DNA of 64,000 bases, from the NCBI GenBank assembly GCA_965216755.1, contig CBDCGL010000011.1, positions 4,352,001 to 4,416,000 of the forward strand, in the 5' to 3' direction. Positions 28,600-38,064 of the stretch are shown one piece after another. Each line of letters begins with the position of its first letter. Within the stretch, counting starts at the first letter, position 1. The translations under genes and the position numbers were made by a program. This DNA comes from Alphaproteobacteria bacterium (GTDB lineage: Bacteria > Pseudomonadota > Alphaproteobacteria > UBA7887). The notes below the pieces were generated by a model. It was not told the origin of the DNA and ran no database searches. It saw only the letters and a program-made list of their open reading frames with translations.

Positions 28600-29406
28600 T
28601 CACGGTGTGACGCCAATCGGGACGTCGTGGCGTCGCAGCGCCCAGCGCCAAACGCCGCTACCGGATTCGGCAACCATGGCGGGACTTTGCAGGCCATGGA
28701 GTGCGCGTGCATTATGAATCAGCAAGGCATCGCCTGGGGCCATGACGGCCATGCCGGCACGTCCGGCGGCGACGATGTGGTGGTCGAGAAAATGGCCAAA
28801 CTCGGATATCAGCCGACGTACCAACGGGTCGCCGCCATCGACGATGTATGATGGGTCCCATGTGATCGTCCACCCGCCCGGGCCACCGCGAAAGACAGGT
28901 GTCAAATGACCCCCGCCATCCAAGCGTGCGAACCGAAGGGGTAAATTCGTCAGCTGCGCCCAAAGTCGCGGGACCGACATTTCGGCAGTCGCGGCAATGC
29001 ATCCCGCGTCGGCGAACACAATCCCGTGTCGCAAGATGGTGCCGACCGGCATCCCGATCAGGACCAGGTCGGGCGTTGCCGAATCATCGGCGCCGGCGGC
29101 GTGCAACGGCTCGTCGACCAAGGTTCGTCCCAGCGCGGGCGTGGTCACGAACGTCGATGCGATGTCTGTAGGTTCGGGGGGTGGCAAAACCGGCCAACGC
29201 CTCGGACGCCCGGCGGCGACGGTCTCCGAAAGCCTGATATCGCCCATGGCGGCGGCGATCGCGCGCCAGCATTCCTGATCGGCAAGCCCGAAGCCAAGCC
29301 CCACGACATGGGTCACCAAGGCGTCATCCACGGCTGTGGCCAAGCGCGCGGCAACTGATGGCGGTTTGGCGTCAGATAGATCCAGCCTTCGATACAACGC
29401 GTTCAT
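28600..29406 (-). CDS. Degenerate TauD/TfdA-like 2OG-Fe(II) dioxygenase
   Basis: PLHAAG at the HxD position, PDLVL, PGDALLIHNARALHG. Confidence 0.6.
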   Translation of the reverse strand: MNALYRRLDLSDAKPPSVAARLATAVDDALVTHVVGLGFGLADQECWRAIAAAMGDIRLSETVAAGRPRRWPVLPPPEPTDIASTFVTTPALGRTLVDEPLHAAGADDSATPDLVLIGMPVGTILRHGIVFADAGCIAATAEMSVPRLWAQLTNLPLRFARLDGGGHLTPVFRGGPGGWTITWDPSYIVDGGDPLVRRLISEFGHFLDHHIVAAGRAGMAVMAPGDALLIHNARALHGLQSPAMVAESGSGVWRWALRRHDVPIGVTP

Positions 29407-29613
29407 ACCCAACGCTTGCCCCAGTCTTGGCTGTCGCGCGCACGCATCATGCCCATCCCTGCCGGGGCATAAATTTGTCGTGACGGCCCTGTGGGCTTCG
29501 CGGTGTGTTGGGAGAATCAGCACGCATGAGTGATCGTTTTGCACAGGCGACGGAACGCCGCACAATACGGACGCAAACCTTAAGAAAGTGTGCCGCTTCA
29601 GCCTGTGTGGCCG

Positions 29614-29664
29614 AAAAAGAGACGCCCTCCCGACGGCCGGGGAGGCACGGCCGCCTGGAGGACG
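29614..29664 (-). terminator. Terminator hairpin with CCTCCC loop
   Basis: Minus strand CGTCCTCC-AGGCGGCCG-TGCCTCCC-CGGCCGTC-GGGAGGGCG-TCTCTTTTT, downstream of the PG-binding gene. Confidence 0.7.
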
Positions 29665-29742
29665 AGGGATGGTTGCGCGGCGCCCCGGGACGCGGGTGGG
29701 GACGCTGTTTCGGGCCTGTGTGACCCGAGGGACGGTCGGCCT

Positions 29743-30468
29743 CTAGGGGCCTGTTGCGCCCCGGTTAACGTCGCGCAACCAAGGCAAGGTTTCGAGTTCG
29801 TCGGGAAGCGGTTCGATCATCACCGTGTCGCGCCGCTGCGTTCGTGGCTCCGGCTTGGCCGCGGCGTGGGCGCGGGGACCATTGCACGAAGACAATTCGT
29901 GGTAGCGATCTTGGCAATCGATGAATCCTTCGGCGCGGGTTTGGCGCAAATGGTCCGTCAAGCTTGCCGTCAGTTCACCGGTGAGGGGCAAGCCATGGTC
30001 GCGTTGGTAACGACGCACGGCGGCCTGGGTTCGTGGTCCGGTGATGCCGTCGATGGGGCCAGTGTAATATCCCAGGTGATTGAGCATCATCTGTGTATCG
30101 GCGGTCAGGCGCGGGGCGTAGTACCTGCGGCGTGGGCTGGCGGTCGGTTCATGAAAAGGTGCCGCCGCATAGATTTTCGGCATAGCGAATTTTAGATGGT
30201 TGAGCAGCATATCGGTGGCGTGGCCATCGATCGGCAAATCGGCGTCGCGTTGGTAAAGGCGAATCGCGTTGATCGTATGCCGGCCGACAATGCCGTCGGC
30301 GGGCCCAGCGTAGTAGCCGTGGGCGGTCAGCTCTTCTTGTATGGCGCGAATATAAGCGTCGCGCATAACGGACGGCATTTCGTCGACCAAGACGGTGGCA
30401 GTGACGCTGGTCGCCGTCAACTGAAGCGCCAGGACGGTGCAGAGCATGGCGGTCAATATTCTATGCAT
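29743..30468 (-). CDS. Secreted protein with two peptidoglycan-binding (PG_binding_1) domains
   Basis: Two Q..L...GYY.GP.DGI.G..T..A.R.YQRD..LP..G repeats; signal peptide. Confidence 0.9.
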   Translation of the reverse strand: MHRILTAMLCTVLALQLTATSVTATVLVDEMPSVMRDAYIRAIQEELTAHGYYAGPADGIVGRHTINAIRLYQRDADLPIDGHATDMLLNHLKFAMPKIYAAAPFHEPTASPRRRYYAPRLTADTQMMLNHLGYYTGPIDGITGPRTQAAVRRYQRDHGLPLTGELTASLTDHLRQTRAEGFIDCQDRYHELSSCNGPRAHAAAKPEPRTQRRDTVMIEPLPDELETLPWLRDVNRGATGP

Positions 30469-31082
30469 AAGGATCTCGCCCCATTGCGGCCACGCCGCAA
30501 GTTTCTTAGGTGACAACGTTGATACAATGGCCGAATGACACTGAATGGGACCTGAGCATGGCGTTCATCCAGCGTTCAGGTTCAAGCACCCCACACAAGT
30601 GCTGTTTTCCCGCCACGTCTGGCTGGTGATTTTGGCCACCGTGGCGGTGAAGTTCAGGGTCGTCACAGACACTGATCATGATTACATGGTGGCAGTCGCG
30701 GTTTTAGTACGCGTTTGCATGCGCTAATCGGCACGTCGCTAAATATTGCGCGGAAGATGGTCGTGTGACATTTGATTCGGCGCGCGGCAATGCTGATCGG
30801 CGGGCGCCAGAACAAAATCACATTATGGTTCCTAATCTCGTCGCAAAGTCTTGACCAATCGGGCCAATAGGGTTCATGTTACGTTTTTGGGGGTCGACCC
30901 ACATATGTCTTGTTTATGGCCAGAGTTCCGATTGGAAATGCGGCGTCGTAGACTTTGGCTAAGGGCAAGGACATAGTGGATTACGGAATTGCTCGAACAA
31001 GATGGATTTCGACCATATTCAGGCAGCCGACAGAACGCCGGGGCAACGTGATGCGGCTGTCGGGGATGGGGCGAATAAGCAC

Positions 31083-31748
31083 ATGCGCATAGTTGCATTT
31101 GCATCCCAGAAAGGGGGTTCGGGCAAGACGACTCTCGCTGGGCATATTGCGGTTCAAGCGGAACGGGCCGGTGATGGCCCAGTTGCGCTTATCGACACCG
31201 ATCCGCAGGGCAGTCTATCTGACTGGTGGAACGAACGATCCCAAGAGACGCCGGTGTTCGTGCAGACTTCGGTCGAGCGCTTGTCAGAAGACATCGAACG
31301 TGTTCGTGCTTTGGGCGTCAACTTGCTGATTATCGATACCCCACCGGCGATCACGCACACGATTGGCATGGTGGTTGAGGTTGCGGATCTGGTGGTTATT
31401 CCGACGCGGCCAAGTCCTCACGATCTGCGGGCCGCCGGGGCAACTGTGGCATTGGTTGAGGACGCCAATAAACCTTTGGTGTTTGTGATCAATGGCGCCG
31501 CGCAAAGGGCGCGTATTACGGCGGAAGCTGCGATCGCGTTGTCACAGCACGGTGCGTTGGCACCGGCGATCGTGCATCAGAGGGTGGACTTCGCGGCATC
31601 GATGATCGACGGTCGTACGGTCATGGAACTTGACGGGCGCAGCCGGTCGCCGTCCGAAGTGGTCGAACTTTGGCGCTATTTGCGGGATTGCCTGGATGGC
31701 AAGTTGCAACGACCCATGCGTTCTTTGGAAAGTGCTGTTACGGCGTGA
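31083..31748 (+). CDS. ParA-family ATPase
   Basis: Deviant Walker A QKGGSGKTT, DTDPQGS, IIDTPP, PSPHDL. Confidence 0.95.
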   Translation: MRIVAFASQKGGSGKTTLAGHIAVQAERAGDGPVALIDTDPQGSLSDWWNERSQETPVFVQTSVERLSEDIERVRALGVNLLIIDTPPAITHTIGMVVEVADLVVIPTRPSPHDLRAAGATVALVEDANKPLVFVINGAAQRARITAEAAIALSQHGALAPAIVHQRVDFAASMIDGRTVMELDGRSRSPSEVVELWRYLRDCLDGKLQRPMRSLESAVTA

Positions 31749-31830
31749 TCGGTAGGCACGGGAAAGGGGGCGCCCGCCAGCGCGGCTGGTATATATGCCC
31801 GTCCGAACCACACGCAATTCAGGGAATGTT

Positions 31831-33540
31831 GTGAGCGAAAAGAAGAAGCCTGCGTCCTTAACAAGTGGTCTATTGGCCCGCAAAGGGGGCGCAAGTCCCG
31901 CAGGTCGGCGTGATCGGGCGTCTGCCAAGTCTGTCGGTACACCAAATATCCGTAGCGATGAGGTGCCAACCGCAAACCGTTCCGCCGGAAGCCTATCGCT
32001 TGTTTACACTTCGAACGATCCTGAAGCGCCGCGCCAGGGCGAGATTCTCGAACCACAGGGCGACACCGCCGAACCGGTGACGCCTGTTCAAACGACAGCG
32101 GCCAGCGAATCCGTCGCGACGTGCGAACCTGAAAAGAGCTCGACGCGACCGAATCATCCGGCGCGGTCTTTTACGCGCGTGAAACCGCCGAAGCGATCGC
32201 AGCAACGGCCATTTGACCGGCAGGAACGCGGGCCCGAAATGTCTGCCCCTGAAGTCCGCGCGGCAGTTGAGGCGAAGGCCGACGGCGATAAAGCGGCTGA
32301 CGCTGTGGCGAGCGCTGGTTCTGACCGACCGCCGCGTGTGGTTTTGCGTGCGACACGTGAGAGTGCGGATCGACCCAGATTTGATGCCTTGGCACAAATT
32401 GCCGACATTGAAGATAGACCGCAACGCGAACGGCGCCGGGTTGCGCGGCGTGCGATTGGCGGTGCGCTGATCGGGGTTCTGTTGGCAGGTGTGGCTTACA
32501 CGCATTTCGCTCTGGGTTGGAAAATACCGTCGTCCAGCGCGGCGACTGCGTTTGTCACGACAGTCCAGGAATGGGCGGGCACCGTGGTCGGTGCATTCCC
32601 CGGCGGCGATGATAGTTTGAGCGGCTATACCGAACCGGTGGATGTTGCGGATAACTCGGTGCAGCAGCAAGGATTGGCGTCTCCAGCCAAAGACCGCGCA
32701 GGCGAAGGCGCCGCGCCCGCCGGTGCTGGCGCTGTTAACGGTCAGATCCTCGATAATGCCTTTGCGCCGATTTCGGGCGCACAGGGGCGAACACAGTCGC
32801 GCGCCATGGCAACGGATTTTGGACCAGGTTCGGGGCGTGCAGAAGTTGCCAATACACCGAATGTTGCGGTGACCGCACCGACCCAGCCAGGGCCATCAGT
32901 GCGCGCACATCCGTTGGAGCCTGTCGCGGTTCGACCGTTGGTTGCAACGGACGCTGCGCCACGACCAGCGAGTGGCGCGGACGATCGCACTAACAGTGTT
33001 ACCGTGGCGGCGGCGGACGCGGTGCCGGACGGAGTGCGGCCGCGTGGCGCTTCGAATGCTGGTGAAGTTGGGTCGGCCCCACAAGCGGAAGCCACTGACA
33101 AAAAGGCGGCGGCGCCATCGGCCGAAGCCGCCGGCGACGATCCGCGGTCCGTCGCGGCTGCGCCAGCAAGTGAAGCAGCCGATGCGGCGCCGAGCCAGGC
33201 ACTGGTTGGAAATCCGGGGCAGGCGGTGGCCGAACAGTCAGACAACCAAGTCGCGGCGGCGCCGCCGACAATTGATCCGATTCCGGTTGGCAAATATGCG
33301 ATACAGCTTGCGGCGGTGCGCAACAATGATGGGGCCAAGCGGGAGTGGCAACGCCTGCAGGATGCGTTCCCCGAGGATCTTGGCGACAAGACATTGGTCA
33401 TAAGGGAAGCGCGGTTTAGCGATGGTGGTTCGATCTATCGCATACAGACCGGACCGTTCGACGCAAAAGATGCCGCCAGCGCGATTTGTACGCGTCTGAA
33501 AGCCGCATCTCAGGACTGCTTGGTTCTTCGCCGCAACTGA
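31831..33540 (+). CDS. Membrane-anchored SPOR-domain protein with N-terminal ASLTSGLLARKG motif
   Basis: N-terminal motif, disordered linker, one TM, Ala/Pro-rich linker, C-terminal YAIQLAA...YRIQTGPF...C..LK....C SPOR domain. Confidence 0.88.
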   Translation: MSEKKKPASLTSGLLARKGGASPAGRRDRASAKSVGTPNIRSDEVPTANRSAGSLSLVYTSNDPEAPRQGEILEPQGDTAEPVTPVQTTAASESVATCEPEKSSTRPNHPARSFTRVKPPKRSQQRPFDRQERGPEMSAPEVRAAVEAKADGDKAADAVASAGSDRPPRVVLRATRESADRPRFDALAQIADIEDRPQRERRRVARRAIGGALIGVLLAGVAYTHFALGWKIPSSSAATAFVTTVQEWAGTVVGAFPGGDDSLSGYTEPVDVADNSVQQQGLASPAKDRAGEGAAPAGAGAVNGQILDNAFAPISGAQGRTQSRAMATDFGPGSGRAEVANTPNVAVTAPTQPGPSVRAHPLEPVAVRPLVATDAAPRPASGADDRTNSVTVAAADAVPDGVRPRGASNAGEVGSAPQAEATDKKAAAPSAEAAGDDPRSVAAAPASEAADAAPSQALVGNPGQAVAEQSDNQVAAAPPTIDPIPVGKYAIQLAAVRNNDGAKREWQRLQDAFPEDLGDKTLVIREARFSDGGSIYRIQTGPFDAKDAASAICTRLKAASQDCLVLRRN

Positions 33541-33610
33541 CGCGAGGCCAAAGCGCTGACTGGTTGGGCCCCGTGTCGGCGGTAAACGTCAGCGGTGGGT
33601 TTGGCGGCTC

Positions 33611-34786
33611 TTATGGCGCGGTGCGAAAATGTTTGCTGAGCGCCAACCCCTGACGCTGATACGACGAGCCGATATCGGCCCCATAGGTCTTGTCTGGTTG
33701 GGCGGCGAGGGGCTCAAACGCTAGGCGTCCAATGAGCTGGCCATGTTCAACCATGAACGGAACGTCGTGCGATCGCACCTCGAGAACGGCTCGTGCACCG
33801 TGCTCGGGCGATGGCCCATAGCCAAAACCCGGATCGAAGAATCCCGCATAGTGGACACGAAACTCTCCAAAGAGAGTGTCATATGCCACCATTTCGGCGG
33901 CGTGGTCGGGCGGTACCGCGACCGCTTCCCGTGACGCCAAGACATAAAAGTGGTCAGGATCGAGGATCAGCGAGCCGTCATCGGCCGCGGTGATCGTTTC
34001 CCAATAGTCGGTTGGTGCATAGTGTCCGACGCGATCGATATCAAGCAACGGCGCATGGCGCCGCGCGCGATAGCCAATCAAGTTCGAACCGCCGTGGGCA
34101 CGCAGGTTGATTGTGATGGGAAGCGCACCGCGCAAGGTCGGCTCAATGCCGCGATTGTCGTGTGATGATGGTTCCAGCACTTGCTCATGCAGTCGCCGGC
34201 GCGCATCTCGGCCGAACACCGGTGATCCACGCTTTATGCGCAATTGGCTTAGACGCGAACCACGGCGCACGACGATGCTAAATGTCAACGGCGAAATTTC
34301 AGCGTAGAGGGGACCTTGGTAACCTGTCCGAACAAGGTCAAATTCTGTCGCGCCGTCCGCTATCAGACGCGTGAAAACATCAAGCCGTCCAACCGAACTT
34401 TTCGGATTGCCGACACAATAGTAGTCGCGCGGCAAATGAACGCTCTCTTCCAAGCGTACGACGTAAACGCAACCACGCTCGAGTACGGCGCCGTCGTCAA
34501 GTTGCACCTCGTGCATGGCATACTGAGCGATTTTTTCGTTAACTGTCGCGTCCGCGCCGGGAAGAAAGCTGGCGCGCATCCGATACGCTGATGCGCCCAG
34601 TCGCAAGTCCAAACTTGCCGGCTGGATTTGCGATTCGTCGATCGGTGTGATCGCCCGGAGGACCCGTCGTTGCACAAAACGCCGCAATGCCTGCGACGGC
34701 AGAATCCCTGTACCCAAGCGCTCGGGATCGGCCGTGTCGCCGTCGGCCGCAACAGCCGGCAAACATGGCTGAAGCTCACTGGTCAT
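33611..34786 (-). CDS. dcd: 2'-deoxycytidine 5'-triphosphate deaminase (long alphaproteobacterial type)
   Basis: QIQPASLDLRLG, NPKSSVGRLDVFTR, EFRVHYAGFFDPGFG, YQRQGL. Confidence 0.93.
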   Translation of the reverse strand: MTSELQPCLPAVAADGDTADPERLGTGILPSQALRRFVQRRVLRAITPIDESQIQPASLDLRLGASAYRMRASFLPGADATVNEKIAQYAMHEVQLDDGAVLERGCVYVVRLEESVHLPRDYYCVGNPKSSVGRLDVFTRLIADGATEFDLVRTGYQGPLYAEISPLTFSIVVRRGSRLSQLRIKRGSPVFGRDARRRLHEQVLEPSSHDNRGIEPTLRGALPITINLRAHGGSNLIGYRARRHAPLLDIDRVGHYAPTDYWETITAADDGSLILDPDHFYVLASREAVAVPPDHAAEMVAYDTLFGEFRVHYAGFFDPGFGYGPSPEHGARAVLEVRSHDVPFMVEHGQLIGRLAFEPLAAQPDKTYGADIGSSYQRQGLALSKHFRTAP

Positions 34787-34843
34787 GGTCGCTCACAATA
34801 AGCCGACGCGACAATATGTGGTTGCGCAATCATCGCCGCCATA

Positions 34844-35293
34844 CTAGCGCATTTGTGCGTGGATGCGACATTCAACCCGCGGCGCGGCCAGTTTTGCAGT
34901 GCCGCGAGTGGGATCGCACGATAGCGTTGAAACCATCCGGCGAATTTGCCGGCGCCGCGCCAGGCAGCATCTTAGGTCGTGGATAATCGCCAAAATGACT
35001 TTTTCCCTCGCCCGGTGCTTGCGGTGCTGCCAGTTGCGCTCGTCATGCGCTTGCTTGATCCCATGTCGCGCCGCGCGGAGTGCGCGGAGGTGCCGTAGAA
35101 CGTCAATATTAGCATCGCGATGGAGGCTCATCAGGCTAACGAGATTCAGCGCAGACACGTCGTCGCCCGGGTTCGTGTCGGCAGTCTCAGTGCGGGCGAT
35201 GGACGCCAGGCGCGGTGCGTCTACGCGTTGTCCACGGGCACGTTTTCTCGCCGGATTGCGATGGCGGTACGAACTGTTACTGGCGGAGCTCAT
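34844..35293 (-). CDS. Basic hypothetical protein
   Basis: 149-aa ORF with a promoter/operator-like AT-rich region upstream. Confidence 0.45.
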   Translation of the reverse strand: MSSASNSSYRHRNPARKRARGQRVDAPRLASIARTETADTNPGDDVSALNLVSLMSLHRDANIDVLRHLRALRAARHGIKQAHDERNWQHRKHRAREKVILAIIHDLRCCLARRRQIRRMVSTLSCDPTRGTAKLAAPRVECRIHAQMR

Positions 35294-35352
35294 GCCCGTG
35301 TCATGTTTGGATGGATTGCGCGGACATATTCGTTCCCACCATAGTCAATGCA

Positions 35353-35420
35353 AATTGTATCATAACAATTCATTATGTACTCAAGGTGGCATAAAATCAA
35401 CATAACACAACTAAAAGCTG
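35353..35420 (-). promoter_or_regulatory. Sigma70-like promoter with palindromic operators
   Basis: Minus strand TTGATT-N17-CATAAT; palindromes AATTGT-N6-ACAATT (35353-35370) and CAACT-N3-AGCTG (35408-35420). Confidence 0.5.
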
Positions 35421-35460
35421 TGTTTGAATTCGTCACATTCCATGCGATTCCCGATGGAAA

Positions 35461-36087
35461 TCAGGCTCTGTAGATCCAAACGACACGCGCGGCCCAAGCC
35501 AATGCAACATCCGACAATGGTGGTGCATTACTTGAAACCAGCGTGTATACGCCCGGATGGCGACCGTGTTCGACCCGCTTCAGATACATCCGCCCATTGG
35601 CCAATCTGACAACACACTCGCGTCCGACGACTTCCGCCTCAAGGTCACGTTCGCGCTTAAAATAGATGATGTCGCCATCTTTGTAGAACGGGTACATGGC
35701 GTCGCCGACAACACGAATGGCGGCAAGTTCGTCAGCGTCGAAAGCCGGAAGATCGATATCATCGATGGCAAACCAAGGATCGTCTCCGTTGCTGGGAAAA
35801 ACTTCGCAGCCTAGGCCGGCATGCCCGACTAAGCCGACCTTTTTGCCAACGTCCTGACCTCCCTCTCCCGTCAGAAGCCAAATTAGAGAAACATTGAACT
35901 TCTCAGCGTACCGCCGTGCCGTTTCCAATTTCAGTCCACGGCTGCCGTTCTCATGAGCTGCGTAAGTGGGAACCGGCCAACCACGCGAAACGGCGGCTTC
36001 TGTCGCGGTAGCATATCCCGCACGCCGACGCGCCCAGCGAAGGCGATCGCCAATTGTGCTGTTCGGGCTCCCTTGCGTCATGGTCAT
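35461..36087 (-). CDS. XRE HTH + S24 peptidase-like (CI/LexA-type) repressor
   Basis: RLRWARRRAGY...TYAAHENG...WLLTGEG HTH; RVVGDAMYPFYKDGD and YLKR S24 domain. Confidence 0.92.
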   Translation of the reverse strand: MTMTQGSPNSTIGDRLRWARRRAGYATATEAAVSRGWPVPTYAAHENGSRGLKLETARRYAEKFNVSLIWLLTGEGGQDVGKKVGLVGHAGLGCEVFPSNGDDPWFAIDDIDLPAFDADELAAIRVVGDAMYPFYKDGDIIYFKRERDLEAEVVGRECVVRLANGRMYLKRVEHGRHPGVYTLVSSNAPPLSDVALAWAARVVWIYRA

Positions 36088-36229
36088 TAGACGCCGCTGG
36101 TTTTACGGATCGAAACGGTACGTCGCGTTGCTTGTCGGAGCCGCCAAACCGGCTACGCGCAAATAACGCCGCACGTAACCAATGAACATCAACATGATCC
36201 GCTAGTGTGACGCGTAAAGTCCTGAATTG

Positions 36230-36242
36230 CAACTATAAGTTG
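36230..36242. promoter_or_regulatory. Palindromic operator upstream of the XRE repressor
   Basis: CAACT-ATA-AGTTG; a one-mismatch copy of the arms lies at 35408-35420. Confidence 0.45.
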
Positions 36243-36387
36243 ATAGTCGCTTATAGGCCTTTAGGGTAGTTCCCTGATTTATTTCTTGATTGGTTGTCGC
36301 TCATGACCAGATTCTTCCCAGTCAGACGCCGAATTATGCTCGCCACGGCGGACGATTACCGCCGTGGCGAGTGGACTGGCAGAGCGA

Positions 36388-36681
36388 CTAGGCAGCGCGT
36401 GGTCTCACTTCACGTTCAATTCGTTCACCGGCATGAACCTGTGCGCGTCGTAGATCGTAATTCTGCTGTAGATTCAACCAGAACTCTGGGCTCGTATCGA
36501 AATATCGCGCGAAGCGAAGGGCGGTATCGGCGGTAATTGCGCGGGTGCCATTGAGAATGGCGGTCACGCGATTGGTCGGGACGGACAACGCCTTGGCAAG
36601 CGCGTTCGCCGACATTTCGAATTCCTCAAGAATCTCGCGAAGAACGTGTCCAGGGTGTATTGGACGGGTTTCGAATGGCAT
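36388..36681 (-). CDS. higA: HigA-family antitoxin (orphan)
   Basis: PIHPGHVL, ITADTALR, FWLNLQQNYDL. Confidence 0.92.
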   Translation of the reverse strand: MPFETRPIHPGHVLREILEEFEMSANALAKALSVPTNRVTAILNGTRAITADTALRFARYFDTSPEFWLNLQQNYDLRRAQVHAGERIEREVRPRAA

Positions 36682-37856
36682 CGGGTGTTTCCTCGAACGC
36701 TGACCTTATGGACCGCAAGTACCGATCAGTGGTTCCAGCCCGAATCTGTGCAGAAACTTGGCGGCGCATAAGACATACTGAACCTACAAATAATTTGCGT
36801 TCGCACCGTGTGTATGGTGGAGACGCTAGAGCCCGGACCGCGACGCAGGTGCGTTGTGCCGTCGCTGAACCGTGTATCGATCATGCCTCGCGACCCACGA
36901 CAAGTAAAGGCGATCATACATATCCTGACGATGACTCGGGCCCGACCTACTAGATGTTGGGAGTGTGACTTATTGGGGTGAAGAATCGCGTTGTTGCTGT
37001 GACGGCTGCCCGAAGTCCGCGGTGAAGCTTGCCGGCGTGCGTAGTACGTCATATTTGGCATTGAGAATTGATATTTGCGAGGCTCACCCATTTGGAGGAT
37101 TGACCGCATCAGCACGTTATTGGATATTTGTCTGGTATAAAGGGGTAGTGTGCGCCGGATTCGGTTTTTGTAGCGAGTGAGCATCACGCTCTTGATTGTC
37201 ACAAAACTGACTCAACAAAAGCTTGATTTTGTCGCAGGCGTCATTTTTGCGTCGGTACGCGGATCGAGCAATGCGCGGCTAATAGCGTGATTTTGCGGCG
37301 GCTTTTTTTTCGACTTTGAAACGATTGCTGCTGATGGAATAGTTACTTTCGCCAATACATTAAGGCTATTTTGCGCTGATTCGCGTTTTATTTCTGGACC
37401 TTACAGCCGAAAATCTGTGCGCTGCCACTTGCACTTTTGGGCTGTGATTTAGGATCGCAATAAGCGCTAGCGGCGTATTGCTTTTGTCAATCATGCGTCT
37501 CGGAGCCTGCCGGCGCATTTCAGCCTCCGCGCCAGGCGCGTTTGCCTTGACCCGCAGCCGCGACGGCCACGATTGGCCCACCACAATATCTGGAACCGTG
37601 TCCGAAAATATTGAATCAATTCTGGTTGCGGCCCGGCGGGCGCCCACATTGTCGGATGGCGATACGATGGCGCGCAGGTTGATCCTGCGCGCGCCTGCTA
37701 TCAGAAATGCGGATCGCAAAATGTTTCGTAGAGCAATTATATGTTACGCTAACTAAATTGTCGTTTTTTCACGCCGTAATATTGAACTCTGCGGAGTTGC
37801 CGGCCGCGTGATGGGTCCTGGAGACTTGAAATGCGTTGCAATTGAACGCACACGAG

Positions 37857-37884
37857 AAAAAAGGGAGACCCAACGGATCTCCCT
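37857..37884 (-). terminator. Rho-independent terminator
   Basis: Minus strand GGGAGATCC-GTTG-GGTCTCCC-TTTTTT. Confidence 0.7.
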
Positions 37885-38064
37885 CCAAGTCGAGTTCGGG
37901 CTCTATGCGTCTCCAATTTCGACACCATTATCCTAGCAAACGCGACAAGCGATAGGTGTGACAAACCCGTGACATATTTCCGTTATTTGCGACACTACAT
38001 CGCGCAGCGTGCCATCGGCCGCCATATCGAGGTGTGATTAGTCTGGCAATGAAGCATGACCGGC

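Noticed and set aside
35461-36681. Prophage
   Set aside because: Only a repressor-like gene and an antitoxin are present; no integrase, terminase or structural genes.
36726-37202. HigB toxin (ORF starts MTIKS)
   Set aside because: No RelE/HigB motifs beyond the first residues; composition looks non-coding.
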